Shown here one piece after another: positions 53,201-64,000 of a stretch of 64,000 nucleotides of DNA. The position numbers and the translations under genes are program-made. This stretch comes from Camelus dromedarius (lineage: Eukaryota). The notes under the pieces were generated by a model that worked only from the letters and a program-made list of their open reading frames with translations, was not told the DNA's origin and ran no database searches. The stretch spans positions 2,480,001 to 2,544,000 of the forward strand of contig NC_087437.1 of the NCBI RefSeq assembly GCF_036321535.1, read 5' to 3'. Numbering within the stretch: the first letter of the stretch is position 1; every line of letters begins with the position of its first letter.

Positions 53201-56200
53201 TGGATTTTAGGCAAGGAGGTAACAAAGACCTGAATTTTAAAAACTGTCTAGTAATCATGGTTGCGGTGTAGACCAAGGTCCCAGGAGGTGGAACGGTGCA
53301 GAAGAAAGTCCTGAGGTGATTTCAGCGTTCTAGGAGGGAAGTAGTGATACCCTGACCTTGGGTGAAGGCGTAGGAGCAGCAGAGTCAACAGAAAGCACAG
53401 GGAGAGGGAACGGCCACAGCCCCTGGCTGGCAGCGCACAACACGTCTGCTTCTGCTTTAACACAGAGCAGGTTCCTGAGACGCAGCGGACTGTAACGGAG
53501 CCGCGCTCCCTGGGCGGCACTAGGTGTGCACACGTTGCCGCGAGACACTTAGAAAGGCTGTGTAGTCACACGGGGGTCCTACCTTTACTCTCCGGGCCAA
53601 GTCGCTCGATTAGCCTCAGGGTGTTCTTATAATTAGGGGAAAGCGACTCGCAATCCTCGGAAGCTGTCCCCGGGGACCGAGGTAAGTCATCGAGGCCATC
53701 CAGAGAATTCATCTGCTCTTTGACCTACAAATAAATAATGCTATTTCACACTGTCTCCAACATTGTTATCAAATATGCTCAGTGTACAGAGGTGATCGAT
53801 ATCCATCTTTTTATGAGAGCAAAAACACAGACACTTCTCGAAAGAACTGATTTCTGTCAAAAGGCTAACTTTATCAGTAGTGTTTCTAAATGATTTTGAA
53901 GTAAACGTTTCTACAACAAAGGAGGATTTTCTGTTTTTCCACTCTACCTTTTATAATTTTGTTTACTACAGGAAAACAATATTCAGGAAGGTTTTTTGCC
54001 TCAATTCCAAGGATAAAATTTAACTATAAATTATTACAGATCCTAACAATACTTTAAGTTTTGGGACTAGATAAAATGCTATTAAAAACTAGATATTAAA
54101 TAATTATTTATTGACTCTAAAAGTCTAGTTTGAAAGGCAATTTCTTTTGAACTGTGTTATCAAAGCACAAAAAACAGTATTAAACAAGAAATTTAAATTT
54201 ACATTTTTACATACCTGTGAGTGGTTATTTTCACTTCCATCAAGTCTTTCTTGTTCTTCCTCAGATGTGCTTTCTAAGTCTAGGTCTGCTGAAAAATGAA
54301 TATGCTTAGTTAAAATTCACTACTTAGAACAGCTAGATAAAAGGCATCATCTTTATAAAAACATAAAACACATTTCATCAATTGACAGTTTAAATTAAGC
54401 TTAATCTTTAGCTGGATATTTACTTCTTTAAGAAATACTTCTAATTATTTAAAATTTCAACAAACTATTTGGGAAATACTAGATGTTACCAGATTAAAGG
54501 CATACAAACATCTCAAAGTTTCACTCACAAATTGATTCACCAGACATGAACAAAACAAAGAAATAAAACAAAATTTAAAAATACAGTAGAAATATACAAA
54601 ATCACCTTCTCTACCTCCTAACAGTACCTTTTTAACAACATACCAAGCTTCAAGAGCAATGTTATTCATGCTTTCCAAAATTACTGTTACTTTTTATGCA
54701 TTTATCTTTCCTTTATCTGAACGTTTCCCTCTATTGTTCTGACAAGTGCCTTTTCCTCTTTGAAGACTCAGCCTGCTCTGTGAAGTCCTCCTTGATTGCA
54801 GCTCTCTTTCTGCAGAGACACAGGGATCTCTTTCCTTGGAGTTACCTTGGTACTTCACAGATTTTTCTAGTGTGTCTTCACCAGCTGAACTCTAAACTAT
54901 TTCTTTACATGTCTATCCTCTTTGCTCCTCTGCTGCAGAGGACAAACTCTTAAAAGTATCTTTGTATAAACAGTATTTATTAGAAAAACTTTGAGTTTAT
55001 AGCTTGTAGTCACTACTATAGGAGATAACTGAGAATCTTTTGTAAATACGACATTAATTCTACAGGTAAGGAAAGAAAAGATAAAACTATCAGGAGCAGA
55101 AAAAAATATTGTATGACTTATTACTACAGCTCTGATTATATCACTGGTTTCACATCCATGAACCCTGTTTAAAACAGCAGTTCTCACGTGCCATCCGAGA
55201 AGCCCTGAAGCCCCAAGTTCCCTCCATCTAGGAAGTCCAGGAGGTCAAAACTAATTTCACAATAATACTGAACGCTATTTTCATTCTCATTCTCCGTTAA
55301 GTGTGCAGTGGAGGTTTCCAGATACATGACATGTGATAACATTATAGCTCTAATGGCTAATGCAATGTTTCTCTGTGCTTGTTTTTTAAATCTTTCAGTT
55401 TCATTTTCTAATATACTAAACATCAATAGATACAACCCACTTAAAAGTTCTTCAGAATTCTCAATAATTTTTCATAGTATAAAAAATATCCTAAACCCCA
55501 AAACTTTTAGGATTATTTTTGAAAAGATCATGTCTACCAAATACTAAGGTAGGACTAATAACTTCCATCATTTTTAATAATCAAAGACACCACACACACA
55601 CACTCTTAATCAAAACATCCAGTTGGCTTAAGATCTTTGGGCTAGGGAAATAGCTCAGTGGTAGAGCACATGCTTAGCATGTACAAGGTTCTGGGTTCAA
55701 TCCCTAGGACCTCCATTAATAAATAAGTACAGAAATAAATAAATATCAGCAATGTGATAGCACTCGATGAAATCATTAAAGTGAAATATGACTGACATGT
55801 TAGCAAGTGAAGCTTTACCCTACGTAAAGGTCAGAATTCAATTAAGCATTTTAAAACTGGAAAAATCTTAGAACCTAATAATCAATCTCTCAGAATCCCC
55901 GACAAGTATAGGGACTCCAAACTGAGCACTTTAGTGTCTCCCAACATCAATAGAAACATCCGAGTCAAAGCTGACATTTTAAAAACCTATTTCTTATGCT
56001 TATATATATTTTTCAAACATGGATACCGATCGTAACATCTGCCTTACTTATGTCATCTTTCAATTAAATTTGAAAAAGTAAAAGGAGTTAGGAAGAAGAA
56101 GACTGTACTTCATTTCAGAGTTAAATTTGTATTGCAAAATTTACCTGATTTGAATCTTTGTAAATTCTTCTTTGCTCCTGTTTTTTTAGGAACAGAATCT

Positions 56201-59200
56201 TTCACTCCAACTGCAGGCTGAATGGTTTTTGAAACAAATCGATTAATAATGTACATTTGATACAATTTGTAGTAGTAATTCAAGGGGGGAGGGTCTAGCT
56301 CAGTGGCAGTGTGCCTGTTTAGCAGTGCATGAGGTCCTAGGCTAAATTCCCAGTACCCGCATTAAAAAAAAAATTCAAGATAAAAGTATAAAAGTTTTTA
56401 CCTTCAGATGAGGATATTTTTCAGTAGCATCTAAAAGCCAAAAGGGACACATAATCAATTGTAAGTAAATATGAAAGCCAACTATCCAGTCATGCAGTTA
56501 GTACTGAGCGCAATCCTCATGCTTGCTTTGGAAATGAACACGTTAGGTTTCGGTGTTTTAATTTTCAGGGGCAGTTAGGACAGCAACAAGGCAGAAATAG
56601 GAATCCATTATAGATACTGAATAAAGAGCAGGAATATAGGTTTAACAAAACATGCAGGTAAGAACTCAAAAGTACGATTATGTTTCAAATGACTCTATAA
56701 ACTAGAAACGTGCACATGTACCAGTGTGAACATGCTGCCTGAGGAGGAGAAAAGCGATCTTTAATCAGAGGAACAAGTCACGGCTCCAAGAAGACAAATG
56801 TGAAAGCTGACAGTAAAACGCAACAGCACAGCTTTCATGCGACTGACACTATTAGACTACAAGTATTTACCACGCTCTTCAATTCGTCCTGTGATTTAGG
56901 AAGTCCACAGCTGTGATGGCAGTTCATTTGAATGTGCAATTCACTTCTCATCAGAGAAAGTGTTATGAATTGATCGGCTTGGATACACACTTGTAGAATA
57001 ATCGTTCATAAAATTCATTTTTTTCCATACCCACATGGGCTACCGGTGTGCCTACATTTCTTGGATCCTCTAGCCGTCCAAGTTTCTTGATCCACTCATG
57101 CAAGAAAGAATGTATACTGAGTTTTCAATATTGAAATCTGGTGATCAAAAAAATTTCATTGCCACAGAATTATTAGACATTAAAAGTCTTTTATATTTCA
57201 AAACCTGTGTAGTATTCACTGAAAATAACAACTTTAGCATTTATGGAATGAATCCTATTAATTTCTTTTATTTCCAAAATTGGTTTCATAACTCAGGCTA
57301 ATGTTTAAAAGGATTATTGTGAAACAAATATCTTATCAAAACATTAGGTATCATTAAAAACAACAACAACACAGCCAATGCTTCATATTCAAATTAATCT
57401 CACTTGAATAACAAATACCAATACAACATGTGTCTTTGAAGCCTGATAGGAGGAGTGGCTGTGGTTTACCCCAATTCTAGGCCCCCTCCTGATTCCAGTA
57501 TTCTCTGGAGTGGCAGTGATCTAACCTGGCTTCAGTGCAAAGATACTGACGCCATCGAAAAGGAGTTCTCTCAAGTTTCCCCTCAATTCCAAAATCACCT
57601 ACCTGTGGCCATTTTTCCCTCCTTCCTTCCTTTCACTTTCCTCTTCAAAGGTACCTCTAGATCTGCGGTCTTTATACTTCCCCTTCTCTATTCTTTGGAT
57701 GGATGATGCCCACCATTTCTTTTCCCTCTCTGCTTAGCAGCAGTAGCTTACATCTCTAGTTTCTACTTCAACACTTTGCCTTGCTCTGGCTATGAACGTG
57801 CTCAGAAAGAAACACAAAATCATGCTTTTCCTTGATGCTGTTGTGTCTTTAAATCCCCAGTGGCTCTTTTCCCAGATTCCCCTAAACACAAGTCTACCCT
57901 CTGAGCGTGATCTGAAGACCAGCAACAAGGGCATCACCTGAGAGCTTGTTAGAAACGCAGACCCACTGCTCAGAATGTGCACTTTTCACTGGGTCCCCAG
58001 GTGACTGAGTGAAATGTGAGCAACTCCGGTCTATACCGAGTCTGCTTCTGCAGCACTCGGACTTAACTGATCCTTCTGAAATCCAGCCGCACGCGTCTCA
58101 CTGTAACACTTCCCCGAAAGCTGCATCAGGAGTTGCAGACTTTCCAGTGGACTCTTTACCAGGCTCCAGCGCCCCTGAACTCCCCGGAACGCACCCTGCC
58201 CTCTTCCTCTTTCCCACTCTCTTCTGTTGGCCTATGAGACACCATCCTATAAGGCAGCAGCACGCTGCATGACACGAAGGTCCAGACATTGACAGCTGAC
58301 CACACACGCCTGTGCTCACCCACGGCAGGCACACCCAGCTCTGCGTGATCAGGTACCGCAGTCCTCACCGCCTTCCTAATGATCGGGGGTCGGGGGAGTG
58401 GAACATTCTGCTGAGGTTCCCGGACAAGCTTTGGTGCTGGAAGCAGCTCACTTCATACCCACCTCATTTCAAACACTCCTCTTCCTTCTTCTAAAGAACT
58501 ATCCTACATTCATTACCACCTCCTGCCAGGGACCCCCCCTCCTTTTCCTTCATTTTCTCCCCTCCTCTCTACCTCTCTCATTCTTCGCTCCCTCCTTCCC
58601 TCCTCCTGATTTCCTGACTGTCCTCAGGTCACAGAGCATCTTGAAAGAAAGCTAACAACTGAGCTCCTTAAACAGCATTCTAGTTTAATCTGTTGCTGAC
58701 ACCTGATAAGATATACAATTTACTTCCTTTCTTCCTCTTGTTTCTCACTATACGTTCAACAGGTGATTTTCTTTGGCTGAGAGAATAGATCCAAATCCAT
58801 GTTTTAAATCAACATTCTGTCAAATGACTTTTTTTATAAAATACAGTGCTTACTTTCTATTTGTCCATTTAATGTATTTTTTTCTCCTAGACCTGCAGCT
58901 CCAGATAAATGACCAACATGGCTCCATAGTTGAATCTCGGAGGTACTCTGTTAAAATTAATATTAATAATGAGTTGCATAAAGATTCCCTTATCCCTTTC
59001 TAAGAAAATACCTGTGTTTCCTACCTTATTATTATTTTTAAATTTCCTACTTTAAAAGCAATTAGACTTAAAAACAAAATAAGCATATCCTGGAAACCCA
59101 AACATTTAAAGAGAAAATTTCATATAGACTCTCTAGATCAAGTCTATCTTTTATCTTCAGTTGGCTTCTGACTCTGTAAACTGAGCATGGAAAGCCAGAG

Positions 59201-62200
59201 CAAATATTTTCATAGACAAAATACTGACTTATGTGCAGATTTCAACAAAGAATTAACTTCAAAATACCTAATTCCATTCTGCATTCCTCGACAAAAGAAG
59301 AGGACATTTTAAAAAATACACATTTTTATATGTATAACTGAATTGCTTTGCAGTACACTTGAAACTAAAATTATAAACTGACTACACTTCAATAAAAAAT
59401 AAAATTTAAAATATACATATTTAAACATATTCTTTAATACGTATACGTGCTATAAAGTTAAAATGTTTCTTAGGACAGATATTGCTCTTAATATTAAAAT
59501 AACATACTTGGCATGAAAAGAAGCCTTGGAGTGTGTCATGTTGAGTATCAACACAACACTGTGGAAACTGCTACATTTCAGGAAACAAAGGCTTAGCAGA
59601 ATCTAACGATTATTTGATAAAACTTTTATTCATAAGAAAAATAGTTGAATAAATTACCAAAGTAGAAAGAAAAACATTTATGTTTAAATTAACAGCAGAG
59701 AAATTTTAAATGTAGCTATGCAGCTCTTCAAAAAGGTACCATAAGCTTTACATTACTAAGGGAAGAATAAGAACACTGTTTAGTGACCACCCGCATGTGC
59801 CAGGCCCTTATGATGCACATTCTCTTCTCTACACACAACAATAATAAAAGTGATCCTAAGGACGGTTACACACTTGCTGCTTCCTGGCCACTCCAAGATG
59901 CTGGAGCACCGTGATGAGCAGATGGGACCCGCTCTTCCCTCTGTCCAGAACATCCCTCCCCGGGACCTTCGTGTGACTGGCTCCTTCCTGTCCGTCACCT
60001 GGCAGCTTTGGTCACACTCAGCTCTTTTCTGACTACCTAAATTCCACCCTTACTCCACCCCCGGCCTAACTACAAACTCCCCCACTGTTGTCTGCCCTAA
60101 CGCTCTCCACGTTCCTTAAGTGAAGGACTTACTGTCCCTGATAAAGGGTTCCTGTTTACCTGTTCTTCTTTTCCTGCCACTACAGCCTAACCCCTCAACT
60201 GCTACATTCAGTGTCTAGCTGCCTGGTGCTAGTCGGTGTTCAGGAACAGGAGTTTATTTAAGGTCAAAACATCTAAAGTCTCCAGAAGGCGTCAAGTACC
60301 AAAGCACTACATACCTATCGGAGATGTCTGGTACTAGTTTGCTGACACTTAACGTACCCCAAATGAGAAGTCCCCGTGCCCTCTCTAACGTTCCCATTTT
60401 ATTGTCCTTCAGATTTTAGAAAAGTGTCCTCAACATTTCAGTAGGTCCCTAGTGGCCACTGTGATCATTCTGTCTTACATTTCTATAGCACCCTTTACAG
60501 TTGACAATGTGTTTTCACATTTGTTACCACAGTTTTGTTCATGACACATAACCTGCGAGGTAGGTATCAGTACCATGTTTTTGAACGAGGTCACTGACAT
60601 TCAAACAAGTCAGACAAGTGTTTCCAAGATCCCATAGTGGGTCAGAACCAGGATGCCACGTCTGCTGACTTCAAGTACAGTGCTGTGCCACCAGGCAGGA
60701 GCCGCCGGGATCCAAGGGCTCAGGCTCTTACCTCTTTCCACGGCTGTCACCTTGGAATAGGTCACCACTACCCTGCACTTAGCTGCCTTCAAGTCCGGTC
60801 ACCATAAATGTACTCAGTGCACGCTATTTTCCCTACCCGAAATGGGCTGTCCTCAGTAAAACATCACTAACCCAAACTGCTGGTATTTTAACCCCACATA
60901 CTTATTACTATTCCCCATGCTTTTGCTTCTCCTGAAATGTTCTTTGCAGCTCTAACTGACAATCCAAATATATTAATACTTTGAAGTCACAAGCACTGTC
61001 TTTTCAAGGTCAAAGTGGTTAAACAAACAAACAAAAACACCCTTTTTTTGTGGGGTTTTTTTTTTTTTTACTACAACCTGTTTCTCTCTGAGTCTCATTA
61101 AGAGTTTTACACATTCATTTATAACAAAGAAACAGCTGGTCACAGGCTGACAAAGAATTATTTTCTTTAGTTTTTAGAAAATGTAACTTCAGAACCCAAG
61201 CCGATTCCCTATGACTTCTAAGCCTTGGTTTTTGCACTACATACACCAGTTTCATTAGGTGAGTCTGGAAAATTAACACAAGTGCAGTCTGCAGTGGTAT
61301 GACACGTGGTACAGAATGACTTTACTAAGTGTGGTATAAAATGAGGAAAAAATTTTGCTGGGCAGATGTAAAAGTGAGAAAGTGAAGTCAAAACATCCCT
61401 CCATTTATGTTTTAACATGACTAGTCAAGTACAAACTTAAGGCAAGAAAAAAAGGAAAATGTAAGTATAACAAGGCATGTGGAGATATACATGTATTTCA
61501 GCATTTATATATAATAGATCGGTGATGTATCAGTATTGTCAGGGATATACTATGAATGAAAGCCTCTGTTTAACCTTTTTATTATATATATAAAAATATA
61601 TAAATTACATATGCAAGTATATATATTATTCTTCAGCAAATTTTATAAAAATATCAAAATATATGATATATAAAACAAAGGCCTTTGTTCATAATATATC
61701 CCCAATAATACTGACTTGTACTAATCTACAACCGTTTGTTTGTAAATACTACTATAAGTAAGACTTAAATTTTGTCACTAGAAGTCGCTCAATTGAACAC
61801 GGTCATCTCTCACTACCTGAGCACTGTGAATTATTACTAGAGAGAGAAAAATAGATTTTAGAAACTTCCTAACACATCAACTTTCCACTTAGAGGAAGAA
61901 CAGGTAATCAGGATTCTAAGGATAATATATAGCTTGAAAAGATACATTGAATGGAACATGAGAGGGGGCTAAAAAGAAGGTTAAAAAGTTTTCATCTCAA
62001 ATTCTAAGCTCACAATTGGTAGATACTGGAAAACAGACTGTAACTTATTCCTATTCATCATATACTTCTTATCTATTTCCTTGGCATTTATGACAGATTT
62101 CCTGTCATAACAACTGAACTTTTACAACCTAAACAAAGGGAATAGAAATTTAAGTCATATTTTTAGAATTCAAATAGATTTCATTATGACGTAGTACGTG

Positions 62201-63810
62201 TACTATATTACCTGTACAATCAAATAGATTTCATTATGATAGAGTATGTGTGTTATATAACCTGCAGCGTGGTGCAGAAGTCCATGTCTCCTCATGCACT
62301 CACATTCAAAAAATACTAAAATGCTTCTTACATTTAAGACCTTATTCTAGGTGCTCCAGGAAATGCACAATTACATTCCCTAATCTCTAGCGGTGTATAC
62401 TGATGCAGGGGTTATAAAATGAATATGTAAATCACTATACTACAAAGTATCTGAAACTTGAAATTTTAGAATGGGACACGAGGACTGGACATATTTTTTA
62501 AACTATAATACAAAAGAATTCTGAAGTAGGTTTTATCATATGGTTGTTATTAACAGTCTACTTTGAGAGCTGGTTGTTATTTCAGGGAAAACATGTATTC
62601 TTCAATTAGATGAGGAGTTTTGAATATACTCTTAATGGGATAATTTAGAAAACACAGAGGAATCTATAATATGGATTTTGAGAAACAGAATTTTAATTTC
62701 TAAATTTCTATAATTTCAATTATTATTTTAGTCTTAATGCAGAACCAGAGATAGAAATAAAGTAAAACAAACAAACAAACAAATAAAACAATAACCTCTT
62801 TCCTCACAACTCTCTGATACCAAAAGAAAAAGTGTCCAAGGGGAAAAAAACAGACACATGCTACGCAGTTTTGGAACTGAAAGGCCCCAGGAAGAGGCCA
62901 TGATTATCACAGTAAGTAGCTGTGTGCACTGAAGATGTCCCTGAAGCACGAGTATTATACAAGTGGCGTCAGTGTGGTTTAAAAGTCAAAGAACCCTTAT
63001 CCTTGGCCAAGCTTCACACTTCCTCTATAGTGGGAAACCTTTTCACAGTACAGTTTTCATGTCAATATATATGTTCTAGTCCATTTTGCTTCAGCACTAT
63101 CTTCAGTATTTACCAAAGTAAAAAAAAGAAAAGAAAAAGAAAAAGAAAAAAATCAACCTCTCATATTTTTATAAAATGGTTTACTCTGACCAAATTTCTA
63201 ACACAAACATAAAACAATGATAGGCAGAGCACTGCTAAATTTTAAGAGTAAATACTACACAAAACTAAATTCAGAGCAGAAAAATGAATTTCACAAGAGA
63301 ACACTTTACCTTGGGAGTAAGAGCTAAGTCATCATCTGATGGAGGCCTTGAATCATCAATATCATGTTTGGGTGAAACGCTTTGGAGCAAAAATACACAT
63401 CAAAAATGAGTGAGTTCATTTCTTTAAACAAACTAGTCACAAAAGTCTATGCTGAGGGATAAGAAAGCAGATCTGGGAGCCAGGCTGCCTGATGGTCAAG
63501 TCACAGCTCAACTACTTGCTAACCATGGAATCATGGGTCAACCAGTCAACCTCCTTAAGCTACACTTGCCTAGTTAACTAACAGTAAGCTGTAACAGCAC
63601 AGCTACTCTGCAAAGCTGTTGTGGTGACTGTACGAGGTAACAAATGTCAAGTACATAACACGGTGTCTAACCCAGAGTAGGACACTCAACAAGCCTTCTT
63701 TCTTTTCTCTGTGTTCCCTTAGTCAACATGTAATTTTTAAAAATCCATAAAATCCTACCTGATGACAGAGATATCTTCATTCCTCGGTGAAACCTCAACC
63801 ACTAAATCCG
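31260..63810 (-). CDS. ANKRD26: ANKRD26-like gene, adjacent copy, middle and 3' coding exons (coiled-coil CCDC144C/DUF3496-like regions)
   Basis: 16 GT-AG exons whose translations follow human ANKRD26 in order (LLKIQD, LQSENTLLRQQL, LEKYKQLYL, NERLAEVSTKLL); ends at TAG 31262-31260. Confidence 0.88.
35985..36195 (-). CDS. ANKRD26: ANKRD26-like exon (211 nt), VNERLAEVSTKLLLERQ...VPLFR
   Basis: Within ORF 35919..36224; donor |GTTAGT; phase 2->0. Confidence 0.9.
37790..37980 (-). CDS. ANKRD26: ANKRD26-like exon (191 nt), AQAGFQEN...LEKYKQLYLQELENRKSLASELT
   Basis: DUF3496-type LEKYKQLYL motif; phase 0->2. Confidence 0.93.
38561..38926 (-). CDS. ANKRD26: ANKRD26-like exon (366 nt) with internal duplication, NADLPAKEE...EKLKEISQFLQ
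   Basis: Within ORF 38549..38932; KCE.L...KKKLE.E..NLR.H motif; phase 0->0. Confidence 0.93.
39690..41930 (+). mobile_element. MaLR (MLT1-like) LTR-internal-LTR remnant
   Basis: cccagccaccacgttgtgaag, aagccactgaactttggggagtttgtta LTR ends; MLT-int-like middle. Confidence 0.6.
43200..44720 (+). mobile_element. L1 (L1MB-like) ORF2 end and 3'UTR
   Basis: aacaaatggtactgggacaactggatatccacatgcaaaa, gcagccactctggaaaacagt. Confidence 0.88.
44548..44677 (-). mobile_element. tRNA-derived SINE (camelid Vic-1-like)
   Basis: Reverse complement of gggg..tagctcaa..gtagagtgcatgcttagcat..ggtcctgggttcgatccc plus A-tail. Confidence 0.8.
45285..45437 (-). CDS. ANKRD26: ANKRD26-like exon (153 nt), AHIRQLEQELTDTRKRVSMLEASLEVT...ANP
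   Basis: RQLQQELADT/EASLEVT homology; phase 0->0. Confidence 0.9.
46466..46528. repeat. Compound (TC)n-(T)n-(TTG)n microsatellite
   Basis: Read directly. Confidence 0.9.
46928..47440 (-). CDS. ANKRD26: ANKRD26-like large coiled-coil exon, 5'-truncated (513 nt with the in-frame acceptor; homology extends to 47475)
   Basis: Within ORF 46871..47485 (KYIGKQ, LQSENTLLRQQL); donor GAA|GTAAGT. The acceptor choice is inferred. Confidence 0.85.
48882..49019 (-). CDS. ANKRD26: ANKRD26-like exon (138 nt), VLEERNDAERQRSRLQNARVIQDDILAHHLSQQKEAEKANKEMNAE
   Basis: Resembles VVQERNDAQRQLSREQNARMLQDGIL; phase 0->0. Confidence 0.93.
49245..49472 (-). mobile_element. Young L1 3'UTR fragment
   Basis: ttccctgtgctatacagta motif; TSD tgaaagaaaa. 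Confidence 0.75.
49868..50051 (-). CDS. ANKRD26: ANKRD26-like exon (184 nt), FTLEQETKKKKNAYTLYEK...NKPNQ
   Basis: Within ORF 49859..50107; phase 2->0. Confidence 0.93.
50228..50265. repeat. (AC)19 microsatellite
   Basis: Read directly. Confidence 0.95.
51224..51434 (-). CDS. ANKRD26: ANKRD26-like exon (211 nt), DSDRLLKIQD...WERELRHMR
   Basis: Within ORF 51217..51516; phase 1->2. Confidence 0.93.
51590..53120 (+). mobile_element. L1 ORF2 fragment with a nested MER58-like DNA element (~52430-52680)
   Basis: tatgcaaataaatttgacaa, atcccaggaatgcagggctg, gtgcaatcaggcaa; MER58 gtaaataaacttttactgaaatacagcc. Confidence 0.82.
53583..53724 (-). CDS. ANKRD26: ANKRD26-like exon (142 nt), VKEQMNSLDGLDDLPRSPGTASEDCESLSPNYKNTLRLIERLGPESK
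   Basis: Resembles VKNQIQSMDDVDDLTQSSETASEDCE; phase 0->1. Confidence 0.9.
54215..54288 (-). CDS. ANKRD26: ANKRD26-like exon (74 nt; 71 nt with the alternative NAGNAG acceptor), ADLDLESTSEEEQERLDGSENNHSQ
   Basis: SEEEQER..GSENN motif; phase 1->0. Confidence 0.92.
55639..55745 (+). mobile_element. tRNA-derived SINE (camelid Vic-1-like)
   Basis: tagctcagtggtagagcacatgcttagcatg..ggttcaatccc plus (TAAA)n tail. Confidence 0.85.
56145..56217 (-). CDS. ANKRD26: ANKRD26-like exon (73 nt), PAVGVKDSVPKKTGAKKNLQRFKS
   Basis: KDSVP motif; phase 0->1. Confidence 0.9.
56284..56372 (+). mobile_element. tRNA-derived SINE (camelid Vic-1-like)
   Basis: ggggagggtctagctcagtgg head, poly-A tail, TSD aattcaag. 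Confidence 0.85.
56402..56430 (-). CDS. ANKRD26: ANKRD26-like exon (29 nt), ATEKYPHLK
   Basis: Resembles SPERYLHLK; AG/GT bounded, phase 1->0. Confidence 0.88.
57031..57122 (-). pseudogene. Degenerate ANKRD26 cassette exon (YILSCMSGSRN/LEDPRNVGTPVAHV)
   Basis: Recognisable homologue of YIPSCMSGSRNFKMAKLEDTRNVGMPVAHM with a frameshifting deletion and a lost ancestral acceptor; donor retained. Confidence 0.8.
58854..58947 (-). CDS. ANKRD26: ANKRD26-like exon (94 nt), STSEIQLWSHVGHLSGAAGLGEKNTLNGQIE
   Basis: Resembles SISENFPQKYVDPLAGAADGKEKNIGNEQAE; phase 0->1. Confidence 0.88.
62170..62265. repeat. Two-copy 50-bp tandem duplication
   Basis: tcaaatagatttcattatga at 62170 and 62220. Confidence 0.8.
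63310..63379 (-). CDS. ANKRD26: ANKRD26-like exon 9, copy B (70 nt)
   Basis: Duplicate of 712-781 with D->H plus one synonymous change. Confidence 0.88.
63759..63810 (-). CDS. ANKRD26: ANKRD26-like exon 8, copy B (52 nt)
   Basis: Duplicate of 1161-1212 with an M->V change. Confidence 0.75.
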
Positions 63811-64000
63811 CTATTAAGGAAAAAAGTAAAATAGACTTCATATCAGCAATAGAAAAACACAGAATATTTAAAGTGTAAGACCAATGTTCTGTTAACAAGC
63901 TTTCCTTTGGGACCACACCTGGAGACTACACACTTGAGTGAATACTGAGTATACTCCTGGTAGGTAATTAATGCATAAAAGCCACTACCCCTCCTTTATA

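Larger units (their letters stand above)
62593..64000 (+). repeat. Segmental/tandem duplication, copy B of overlap
   Basis: Direct repeat of 1-1402; offset 62592 before and 62598 after an AAAAGA insertion near 63130. Confidence 0.97.

Noticed and set aside
54690..54950. Purine-rich exon-like stretch on the minus strand
   Set aside because: Early stop in the expected frame and no clear donor; flanking exons join in frame without it. At most a decayed relic.
55639..55720. tRNA gene-like sequence
   Set aside because: A/B boxes are present but it has an A-rich tail and degenerate stems; it is a SINE.
61218..61418. 66-aa Cys/His-rich minus-strand ORF in an intron
   Set aside because: No family match or convincing splice pair.

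Overview
Mammalian, AT-rich genomic DNA, most likely from a camelid (it carries short tRNA-derived SINEs of the camelid Vic-1 type). The window is slightly more than one full unit of a head-to-tail ~62.6-kb tandem duplication: 1-1402 recurs at 62593-64000 at ~98.7% identity. Each unit carries a minus-strand, multi-exon ANKRD26-family gene (N-terminal ankyrin repeats, then CCDC144/DUF3496-type coiled coils). The 5' exons of one copy lie at 11492->712, and the middle and 3' exons of the neighbouring copy lie at 63810->~29740. Joining the GT-AG exons by hand gives a continuous ~1169-aa frame. Compared with human ANKRD26 (recalled from memory, not aligned), this paralogue has lost several blocks of exons, each loss frame-neutral. 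It also has a truncated large coiled-coil exon that a cryptic acceptor can rescue, an internal 25-aa duplication, and an early stop in the penultimate exon. The promoter has RFX and MYB motifs. The ~18-kb spacer holds a CpG island with a GC-rich minisatellite fused to ERV LTRs, an orphan exon of a copine gene (CPNE8-like), a ~1-kb retrocopy-like insert, and L1/LTR/MIR/L2/MER debris. All exon calls are manual and lack transcript support; repeat boundaries and subfamily names are approximate.
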